DNA of 64,000 nucleotides, from positions 41,168,001-41,232,000 of the forward strand of contig OZ024742.1 in assembly GCA_964016885.1 (NCBI GenBank), read 5' to 3'. Origin of the DNA: Eledone cirrhosa. Taxonomy: Eukaryota. The notes below the pieces were generated by a model that saw nothing but the letters and a program-made list of their open reading frames with translations, was not told where the DNA came from and made no database searches. Each line of letters opens with the position of its first letter. Position 1 is the stretch's first letter. The position numbers and the translations under genes are program-made. This document shows, one piece after another, positions 53,666 through 64,000 of this stretch.

Positions 53666-54334
53666 TTAACACCCTTGAATTCAAAAACTCATGAGCGAAA
53701 TAATCCACTAATTTATTCAAAAATAATCATGTCATCCTGCTCTGGAATGTCATTGTTTTCCAAATCAGTTTATTCAATGATTCCTGTCGAATTTTCTTGT
53801 GACTCAACTGCCTGCAGAATTTTCGTCCCTAGTCTTTCATGTTGAGCGATAGAGGTCGAATTGAATGGAGAGTTCTTATCCAGATAGCCTGTTCGTAGTG
53901 CATTCATGACACAGCTATCTGGCGTTTATTTTTGCTACGGCTGATTTTCGGGGCATGGCTTATATTAAATCCATCCTGAAATATAGTGCTACGGCTTATT
54001 TTCGGGGGTGGCTTATAATGGGGGGAAACGCGGTATGTGTCCTGGTTTTTAGTATAGGTACACTAACGATAAATGTTAATATATATACATTAATAACACA
54101 ATAAGAAGGCTAGCCCCAGCTACCAATTAAGAGACATCCTATAATACAAGTATATATATATAAAACTATAAAATTGTCGTAAGAAACCAGTTGAACCATA
54201 ATTTCCTATATATATATATAGTTTAGATGACTTTGCACATATAAACTCGCATATCAGACAGCTAAACTAATCACTACAACTAAATTGACCAAATCAGAAA
54301 TGCTTCCATTGCTCCGATATATATATATATATCG

Positions 54335-54903
54335 AGACCACTAATCATGGGAGTACTCAATACATAGTGAGATGCAGAGTGGGTATAGAAATAGGTAAAC
54401 CTTTTTACCAAAAACGAAGGAGAGGCGGTTTTCCTTTGTGTGATAGCTATGGCGAAAGAGGTTGTATGGTGGACAAGGTTGAAAGGGCTGAGGTCAGACA
54501 CCTTTCTCTCCGGCCAACAACTGATTCTTTTTTTCAAATACCACTTTGGAAGAAGAATCAGGATGGAGAGAGAGGTGCTGTACCCCAGCAAGTTTTATGA
54601 AAGGTGGGTGAAAGTGACGAGAATGGCCCGAGTGAATGGGCCTTCTCTCTATATCAGCCTGTAGGTTGGGGAAAAGGAGGAGGAGAGGAAAGGAGTACAA
54701 GCTCTTCGCACTCCTGGAGATGAGGGTTGCACATTTTTTTCGGGGGTCTGTGTTACCCATATAAACTGTCTCCCTCTATTGGGGAAAATCGACTAACTTT
54801 TAAATTCCATCTGTGATAACATTTTACACGTTTTTATTGTATGTAAACTTCCCCCTTTGTATTTGTCCCCTTCTTTTGTGCCCCTGTGGCTAATAAAGAA
54901 ATC
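54335..54903 (+). mobile_element. L1/Tx1 LINE 3' fragment
   Basis: IAMAKEVVWWTRLKGL...FFKYH...ERWV C-terminus; 3' end AATAAAGAAAT followed by simple repeat. Confidence 0.7.
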
Positions 54904-55144
54904 TATCTATCCTGAGTTCAGTTTTTTTCGTCGCTTTGGTCACTGCGGCCCGTCTATCGGTCGCTGTCTAAACGTAATGTTATACTCTAAGGTAATATAC
55001 CTTATTGAGTGCTTAGCTGTACACCCCGACTGCATTCGTTAGTCTGGCTGCAACCAGAGCTTCGATGATGCTGTACTAAATTTTGTATATACAGTATCTA
55101 TATATTTCAATGTTACTTACATTTTAGTTGTCTCAGTTTATCCA

Positions 55145-55384
55145 TCACTTTTTTGCTGCCTCTCCAGTCGTGTTGGGTGGCTTGTGGCTGTTGTGGCTGT
55201 TATTAATAAGTTTATTTACAGTCTTGCGTGTATGTCCACCGGGATCAGCATGGTTGGTGTGTAAACCAGCTTCTTTCTTCGACCGACCTTTTCCGCTGTG
55301 ACTGGAGTGAATAAACTTGTCCTGGTTGATATTGTATTCATCCAAGTCGTCCGTGTATTCTGGTTTCTCGTCATTTGAAGACAT
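55145..55384 (-). CDS. NUPR1: Nuclear protein 1 / p8 stress-response protein, 79 aa
   Basis: LDEYNINQDKFIHSSHSGKGRSKKEAGLHTNHADPGGHTRKTVNKLIN matches the p8 signature GRxKxEAxxxTNxxxPxGHxRKxxxKL; ATG at 55384. Confidence 0.88.
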   Translation of the reverse strand: MSSNDEKPEYTDDLDEYNINQDKFIHSSHSGKGRSKKEAGLHTNHADPGGHTRKTVNKLINNSHNSHKPPNTTGEAAKK

Positions 55385-55817
55385 CGTTACCTTATTTATT
55401 TCGTCGGTGTTATTTATATTCTTATAAAAGCATTCAATTATTCTTGCGCCTGCACACGTATATTTATATATGGGTGTGTGTTTGTATTTTTGTGTGCGTG
55501 TATATTCGAGAATGTATATCACTTTTTCCTAACAATTCTTGCTTGTTCTCTGTCTCTCTCTGTCTATATATAAATATGTGCGTGTTACATGCAAACAAAA
55601 TATTTGTGCTAACTTTTTTTCTTTTTTCGTTACTCCTTACTTAAGTCGTTTTGCTTGTTGTTACTGTTGTTGGTGTAAAAGTAATGTTGTTGTTAGAGTG
55701 GTGACAACGTTGCTTTCGAAATAGAGATAATAATCTGAACGACGTGTGACAGGTTCAAAGACGAACTTTGAATAAGTCGTCACATAAACAGCTGACTGTT
55801 GTTGTTTTCAACACTAC

Positions 55818-55844
55818 CACGTGACTAGTTTGTCGTGGCGTAAT
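55818..55844. promoter_or_regulatory. Candidate NUPR1 upstream motifs: E-box CACGTGAC and C/EBP-like GTGGCGTAAT
   Basis: Motifs ~430-460 bp upstream of the ATG in non-repetitive, CpG-retaining sequence. Confidence 0.35.
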
Positions 55845-56671
55845 TTTATTTATTTATTTATTCTCTTTATATTGTAATTTGTGTTTATTATGGAAGACTC
55901 TTTGTATAAAGTTTGATCTTAGATACATCGCAAGCTTTCTCATCTGCAGAATAGAGAGATTTCGATGGGTAGGGGCGACATAATATTTAAAGAGTTTCAA
56001 ATTAGTTTGTTTTTGTTGTTGTTTTTGTTGCTACCATAAATAATATCATCATCATCATTTAATGTCCGTTTTCTCTGCTAACAACGTAATTGTAATCTAT
56101 ACCGCTAAAAATGTATCTCTGTAAAATTTTGTTTAAAATATGTATTATTAAGAAAGCTATGAGGAAACAAAGTTTGGGAAGAATCCTAAACTAGTTATAC
56201 CTTATTTGGATAACGTAACCCCGAATATATTATATTAAAATCAAGTTAATGCGCGGATCCCATGCCACCCCCATTAATGCAAACTTAATACACTCTTGAC
56301 AAGGGGAGAGAGAACGATTTTAATGTGCCCCCTCTCCAAGTAGAGAAGGGCAAGTTCTTCAAGTTGTAGCTAATGAAAATACACACACAAAAAAGTTCTT
56401 GTTAAACAATGAATACAGTGTCGGTTGTATAGCATCTTTCTACATTTCTCACTATACTAGGATGGTAATGTAGTTCAACTCAATGCACACAAATACTAGT
56501 TACAGCAGCTTTGAGAACGATCTAGTGCTAGGTGAGACGAACTTTAACGGTAACTTAATATATATTGAAGTAAATAATTACTTAAATTTTGAAGAATAAT
56601 GCGAAAGCCAGCAATAAATTTCCTTAATCGTGTGTTAATACGACCCCGTGTACATATATAATAAACACAAG

Positions 56672-56963
56672 CAAGGGCCTTGTCTCAGGGGTTTACCAGG
56701 GGACTCCCCCCCCACCCCACCCCATTTCACTTTTTCAGGTATGGGGTACAAACCATCTTTTGATTTTTGTTTATTTGATATAATAAATTCTTTTTAAGCT
56801 TATTTTTTTATATCTGAATATTGGATATATAAAATTTAATTAGCGTGAAATTTTACTTATTTGATAGGGTCTGGGAAAAGCACCATAAGCAATTTATGCT
56901 CCTTTAAGAATCAACAAATGTTGGTTTGTCCCCCTCACATTTTTAAAGCAAAAGAGACCCCTG
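56672..56963. mobile_element. hAT MITE, same family as 16280-16586
   Basis: Shared ends and body; TSD degraded. Confidence 0.8.
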
Positions 56964-58479
56964 AACGCAAATCATATTATGAATATGGTCTACAAACAAA
57001 ATAAACTGAAATTAATGAGGGGAGGGGGCTGAGAAGACGAGGACGCTTAACTACACATCACAACAGAGAAGAATAGTATTTCCATCTAAAAATATTTGAG
57101 ACAAGCCAAGACACTAACAACATTGCCGTGTGTGAAAGCGAGACTGTTGCAAGCTGCTAACAATGACAGAAATCTCATTGTTAGCATCCAAGCTCCCCAC
57201 AAATATCTCGAACTTCACAGGCTATATTTTACATACCTGTCAATCTCTAAAAACCCAAACGGGGAGTACCATGAAAAATGTACCCCAAAACAGAGAAAAA
57301 TGAGCAAAATAGGGAGATTTTACATAATTGTTTCTACTTTTGGCACAAGGCCAGCAATTACTCAGTGCATTACTGGTACTTTATTTTATCGACCCCGTAA
57401 GGATGAAAGGCAAAGTTATTTACATAATGAAAGTTATACCTATTTTCACAAGAGAAGACATCTCTCACCCACCCCAAGGTGGGTAGGAGATCTGCCCGTC
57501 CGATGTAGAGAGTTGACAGGTCTGACTTCAGTTACACCGATGTTTTGTTTTTGAGACAGGCTTTGGGAGTAGTGATAGAAATTCATTTTATGAACTAGGT
57601 GTACGCTAGATCCGTGAGGCTGAGTTTGAAAAGGAGGAGGGGGTAGACGGAATAAACCCCCACTCCACTAAATCTGAAAAGTAGGGGACGACATACCTCT
57701 GCAGCACAGGATTTAGGATGAATGAGGCCATGTGCTTGTTAAGTTATGAAGCCCCTTACTTGGGCCCTGAAGGAGGTAAACACATTTTTGGCAGGAAGAT
57801 GGATCCTCCTTCCCTGGCCAATGGGGCTTTGTGCTTAAGCACAATGGTAAATCCTCTGTATACCCCCTCCCTATTTCTGTCAATAGGCAAGATTAGAGAG
57901 AGGCAAAGAGGTAAATTGGTATGGGCCCGTGATTTTGAGGGGTCCTACTTGCCTCAAGTTCTATTTCTATTATTCTGTTTTATTGCTAATAAGTACATCA
58001 TGTACACGACATCAGCAGTTCCCAACTCAAGGTTTGCTCACTCTTGGGAATATGCAAAGGTAGAACTAGGTGTACGTGAGCTAAATTCTAAATTCCAAGT
58101 ACTTAGTTAATCCTTTTAATAACAACCTGGCCCAAACTAGCTCTACTCCTATGAAGTAAAACCAACAACTTTAAAGGGTTCCTATTGAAATTAAAATCTT
58201 CCAACATAATTTATATAAAAACTATATGTTAAGCGACTATCTTAGCAATGAAATAATTAATGATTGTAGTAAATCTCACAAAATTTAAAGAGTGTAATTC
58301 ATTAGAAATACGGTTATGAAAATTAAACAGAATATGCACATGCTATTAGGGGTCCAGTTTTCTCTAAGTATAAACACTTCTCTCTTTTGATTATTATTTT
58401 CACTGTTGCCAGATGGCAGGAGGCTACACTTTTACATCTAGCCTGGTAGACTAGATGTTCATCATTGTTGCTGCCGAAC

Positions 58480-58830
58480 TATGCACTTATCTCTACTCAC
58501 AGAGACCTGCTCAGAGTCTAGCTTAGACAGCTCAGAGAAACACTGAGTCGTAAGAGTGGGCCAGCCTTGTCTGTCTTTTATTCCATCTTCCCAGCAGTGT
58601 TTCAGGGTCTGTTGAAAATCATCCTTGAATCACTTTTTCTACTTGCATTGGAATCTTGTGCACATGTAAGCTCACCATAGAGGGTGGCTTTGGGCAGTCC
58701 ATTGTCATCCATGTTAACCACATATCCAATCCAACGTAACTTTAATTTGGCAAGGATTACTTCCATGCTGGTGATTCCGAAGTGTTCAATGACATACTTT
58801 GCACTAGGGATATCAAAATCAAGGGCTCAA
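58480..58830 (-). mobile_element. Old RTE-like 3' fragment
   Basis: Minus strand gives LRWIGYVVNMDDNGLPKATLYGEL. Confidence 0.65.
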
Positions 58831-59330
58831 GAGGGCTATTATGTCATGGGAAAGAAATACAGCGGGCCAAAAGTGAGTTTCTTTCCATCAAAAATTATTC
58901 TGACAAAGTAGTTTGCGGGTTGTGTGCTTAAGACCTGCTCTGCACCCAATAAAATTGCTCTTTCTCAGATATATCAATACTTTTATTAGCAGTTAATGAA
59001 AATCCAAGTAACAATTGCTCTTAATCAGATATATCAACACTTTCATCAGCTATTATGAAAACACATTGATCACAAGAACAATATTTTTTCTCAGCATTTG
59101 ATCAGTTCATTTCCCACACAACAGGCTTGCCAACCTCTGAAAACCCAAACGGGGAGTACCATGGAAAAAGGTGCACCAAAACGGGGAGGAATGAGGCAAA
59201 ATGGGGAGATTTTACATAATTGTTTCTACTTTTGGCACAAGGCCAGCAATTACCCAGTGTATTACTGGTACTTTATTTTATCGACCCCGTAAGGATGAAA
59301 GGCAAAGTTAACCTTAGCGGGATTTGAATG

Positions 59331-59786
59331 TGTAGTAAAATGAATGTATCCTAGTTGGATTGTTTATCGACATAGACGTGAGGGAAGGTCCCTCGTCTAT
59401 TTACCATTTTTGTAAGTGAGAATTATAACAAGTGAGTGGGTGTGTGCGTAAACAAGACAATAACCACAACGAGAGTTATATTTAACAATGTAAATAATGG
59501 TAATGTTTATTTTGTTTATATGTGTCTACTATATTACAAATGAAACATACCAAATATATACGTGATCCAGTTGTTGTGATGGAAGCGTATTACAATTACA
59601 AAGGTATTGTGGGGTTTGCTGTTCCCGATGGCTGTCTATCGTTTCGTGGTACAGAGGCTGTTTTCTGTGGCGTGTATACCGTCTGCTTTCCCGTGGCTGT
59701 CTCTGTTTACCTCTGTGTTCTCCACCAGGGGGAGACAACTAGGCCTGGTCCATTATCCGCTAGGGGGCGTGAGGCGTCTTACTACA
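59331..59786. mobile_element. Solo LTR (456 bp)
   Basis: TGTAGTAA...TTACTACA ends with 4-bp TSD AATG. Confidence 0.8.
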
Positions 59787-62161
59787 AATGAAAGCCATAC
59801 ATATTTTCACAAGAGAAGACATCCCTCCGTTCCGACGGGGAAAAGTTGACAGGTCTGACTTCAGTTACGCCAATGTTTTGTTTTTGAGACAGGCATTGAG
59901 TGATAGAAATGAAGTTTGTAAGTTTGTGGGTGATCTCCCCGTCGGACGGAGGGAGTTGACAGGTCTGCACACAATAACAAGAGTTTTAAAGCCATTTTCC
60001 CTGCTAAAGCAAGATGTGGGCTCGCAGGTGGTTCCATGAAAAGTTTCATCTCATCATGGGGTCTTTTTTGATGCAACATTTTATGGCTTGATGCCCTTCC
60101 TGACACCAACCTTTTAGTCAATTCTTGTGACATGCAGAGATATGGCTATTCTAAATCCTGGAAAATTGTAGAAATTCGTCGCGCGTGCATGTGTGTGTGT
60201 ATGTGTGTGTGGGGGGGGGGGGGGTAACTTAGCGGTTTGACAAGAACGGGCTCGATAAATAAGTTACAGGTTTTAAAAAATATGTACTTGGATTGATATG
60301 ATCGACTTAAAATCTACCATGTACGTGCTACCATAGGATTGAATGATGACTCTAAGTATTCTACGAAACCAGAAAATGTAGAACGTGGCAATGGTAAAAT
60401 AAAAAATAACGAAAACAAACACAGACAGAGAGAATGTACTTCCTTTATCTACTACTCTTTCTTCCCGGTCATTATCTCTGACTTTCCTTTTAATAAGAAT
60501 TGTATTCCCCCTCCCTCTATCTTTGTATCTCTTCCTCTCCTCCTCAACTTTATCTCTTGGTTACTTTGATACATTACAACACATTTCCCTCTGCCCTCCT
60601 TTACATTTCCTTGACGTCCTCGTAAACAAACCACTTTTAGTCTGATGCAATATAAAACACTTGTTACACACACACACACACACAACGTTGCGCTGCATTC
60701 ATTCTTGCTTACACAAACACATACACAGGTAACATTTCGCACACATTTTTGCACACACACATACACGCAATACGTTGCGCCGAACTCTTTCTTGCACAGA
60801 CCCACACATACATAACGTTTCGCACTCATTCTTGCACACACAGACACACAAACACAGATACAGACAGACGCAAACACATATACACATGCACATGAAATGG
60901 ATCTCCATCGGTTTCGACGATAAGCGTTTCAGTTGTTCGATCAACGGAACAGCCTGTTCCTGAAATTAACATTTAGGTGGCTGAGCATTCCACAGACACG
61001 TCAACCGCTTAGCATAATACTCAGAGACTCAGCGTAACAGTGTAATAAGGTTTGCCCTTTCAATGACAGCTCCAGTCCATCTGAAGGGGTTCCAAACAGT
61101 TTCCATCTAGTTATTTTCAATCAGAAGATATGTGTTGACTCGAGGCTTTGGTAAATTACATTTGCTATGAGGCCATGCAGTGGGATCGAACTTGAAGCCT
61201 AATGATTGCGAAGTGGACACACACACACACACACGTACACACATACACCCAAACGCGCACATATGCATTCGTTTTGACGTGGATTTTAACGTCACCCTCT
61301 CCCTGACTATTTTCAAGTAGTGTTTTGAGTAAACAATTACGAAGCTATTTAAAAAGAAAGCAAGATAATTGTTTCTACTTTTTGGCACAAGGCCAGCAAT
61401 TACCCAGTACATTACTGGTACTTTATTTTATCGACCCCCGTAAAGATGAAAGGCAAAGTTAACCTCGACGGGATTTGAACTCAGACCGTAAAGGGACGTA
61501 ACTATGCTGGAAAGCATGGCGTCCGACCCTCTACCGATACTGCCAATTCACCGCCCAAGAAAACAAGATAATGGAAATAATAAAGGGGTAGGAGAAAAAA
61601 AAGGGAGGAAAGTTAGGGTTAAGTATTAAGGTGAGAAGACATGTGGCCTAGTAGTTAGGTTGTTGGATTCACGATCCTATATTCGTTGTTCGATTCCAGA
61701 ACAGGACGAAATGTGGTCTTGAGCAAGACATTTCATTTTACGTTGCTTTTCATGGTAAGACTGGAACTCCTATAATTAAAATACCCAAGAAACCTCCATT
61801 GAGATGCAATCTCGTGAGAGGCTAGCTAAACCTACATAGGTATGAACTGTAATTTTTGTTCAATGGCTTGGAGTTAACAATTATAAAACTATGCTTCAAA
61901 TGTGGAATCCGAAAAAAAAGAAAAAATTGTAAAAGAGACCAAAAAATTGCAGGTGGGGGCTGAAAAATTGAAATTTCTATTTTTATTTTTTATTTTATTA
62001 CTATTAGTATTTATGTTTTTATTTTTAGAATTATTATTTCCTATATGATGGGGGTGGGGGTGTCTAGGGATCCAAAACTATTCCTTAAGATTTCAATGTT
62101 TTGAAAATCAAAGCTTCAGAATCTGCATACACATACAGACACACACACACATACACACGCA

Positions 62162-62248
<87 letters not shown>

Positions 62249-63790
62249 TAAATTAAAAGAAAAATTTAATCAGCTACCGCTCAAGGCTAGGTGATTTACT
62301 GCTGCAGTACTTCATTTTTCTGCATAATTTCTGTTTCTGGGGCCTTGAAAAGGACCATGGATACCACCCATCCTCATAACTAAACAATAAGCAAGGGTAG
62401 GTGAAATGAAGATATTTGATTACACTTTTTCTCAGTCGTTATAATTCCTTAACCAGCTGGAAATCAGCCCATCCCCTCCTCAATTTTTGAAATACATTCT
62501 TGCTTAAGATTTTGAGGAAGAGAAAAGAATATATTTTAACATACACATGCAATATAATTCTATATTTGCGAATTGGCAAAATCGGATTATAAATGTCACA
62601 GTATTTGTTCGGGCTCACTGCGCTCTGAATTCGAATACCGTCAAAATTAAGGGGTCGATAAATAAAGTACCAGTTCAGTACTGGGGACGCTGGAGGCATT
62701 CTCACCCCACGCACTCTCTCTCTCCTTCCCTCTTTCGCTTTCTTTTTCACTCTTCGGGAAGAAATCGGCTGTATTCAGTTTTAAAATACCCACGTCTCTG
62801 TGTATAAGGGCGATAGCCCTGCGACTTCATCAGGAATTAAGGGCCTTTGTTATGCAATGTAAAGTTGTTATTTCTATAAACCCTTCCTCTCCCTTTCTCT
62901 CTTTTTTTTCTCTCTAACAGGAGTTGTCTTCCTTGATTTCTTGGATCACTGTATTTGTTCACGAGAAAACCGAATATATGTATGTATATGTATGCGCAAA
63001 GATATATGTGTCAAATATCAAATAATAAAATAAGGATTAGATTTATATTCACTGATGATTAATGTTTTTTTGTGCGTTTTCCTCATGTGTTGACGACGAC
63101 TTCGGTAATTGTTACTACAAAATCTTTAGATTGGATTTTACCGGCTACACTATTTGAGTTTACACCGTCTAATATTCGCCATTATCTTTTGAATTGTTTG
63201 GCGGTACATGCTGTCTTTTAGAAACGATATTTGCAATTAATTTGATTTTTTACTTTATCAATTGTAGAAATATCTGTTTCAATTATACTATGATTTCAAA
63301 TATGTAATATAGATAAAGAAGAATGGAAGGTTCAGTATCAACTCATCGCCATCAAGCTACTCCATTCCATGAATATCTGCTACAAGGCAGTGTTGTAGAT
63401 AATTCTTGTGATGTCCTTCTCAACCGATTACGGGGTCTTTGTGATAATGCTGAAAATAACTATGAGACATTCCATGATCATGAGCTTGTTTTTGCTATGA
63501 GTAAGACTCTTTTAATATTATTTGCATGTTTATAAATTGTTTGTTTATTCAATATTGAATCAGTTCTCTAATAATGCCGTTAATCAACCGTGGATTCTCA
63601 ATAGGAAGACTATTAGTCGCATTAGTAATAGTAGTTATTTTCTTTCTAGTAACTAATAACAGGTCTAGGGACGATGTAGAGGCTTTCTGTTTTATTCGCC
63701 AATTTGGTGATCTTTCGAATGTGATGAAAGGAATGTAAACAAAAAAAATGTCCATATTAAAAAGATCACCTACACACACATTATATATAG

Positions 63791-63822
<32 letters not shown>

Positions 63823-64000
63823 TCTCATCACGTCCCCGCAATTGGTGCAGCCAGTCGCTGGGGTGCCACTCTATACGCTTTCGCAGTTAGCTGTCTGGAT
63901 TCTATTATCCGGCATGCGTAGAGGGGTCTCGATGTTGTGACCACTCCAGTTTTTGATGTTGTCGGACCAGGATTTTCTTTGTCTGTCTCTTCTTCACCCT

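Larger units (their letters stand above)
48871..55120 (-). other. Putative 3'-UTR intron of NUPR1
   Basis: GTAAGT donor 24 nt after the stop; strong acceptor TTTTCTCTTTATTTTCAG ending at 48871. The pairing of the two is inferred. Confidence 0.45.

Noticed and set aside
55385-55522. N-terminal 46 aa of the 125-aa ORF
   Set aside because: Starts at a non-ATG codon in low-complexity sequence; p8 similarity begins after the Met at 55384.
62880-62960. Strong plus-strand splice acceptor ending at 62920
   Set aside because: No supporting exon frame or partner donor identified.

Overview
AT-rich, microsatellite-laden animal DNA. The SINE/LINE repertoire suggests a mollusc, probably Octopus, but that is inference. 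One recognisable host gene: NUPR1/p8 (minus strand, CDS 55384-55145), with a likely 3'-UTR intron. The rest is mobile DNA: a near-complete Naiad-type Penelope-like element (PLE) with a 1.9-kb inverted duplication, a second truncated Naiad, RTE, L1/Tx1 and RLE LINEs, a non-coding LTR element, a solo LTR, mariner/Tc1/hAT/Helitron pieces and many tRNA-derived SINEs. Two signals stand out. (i) At least a dozen minimal hammerhead ribozyme (HHR) motifs lie among (TA)n tracts; some sit in 0.4-0.6 kb non-coding units that copy the architecture of the large Naiad (short terminal direct repeat plus 5' inverted copy of the 3' end), i.e. candidate PLE-mobilised retrozyme-like RNAs. (ii) A young non-coding LTR element has a tRNA-Trp primer-binding site of 32 nt rather than 18, with a mismatch at the base opposite A58. 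All alignments and folds were done by eye; no searches were run.
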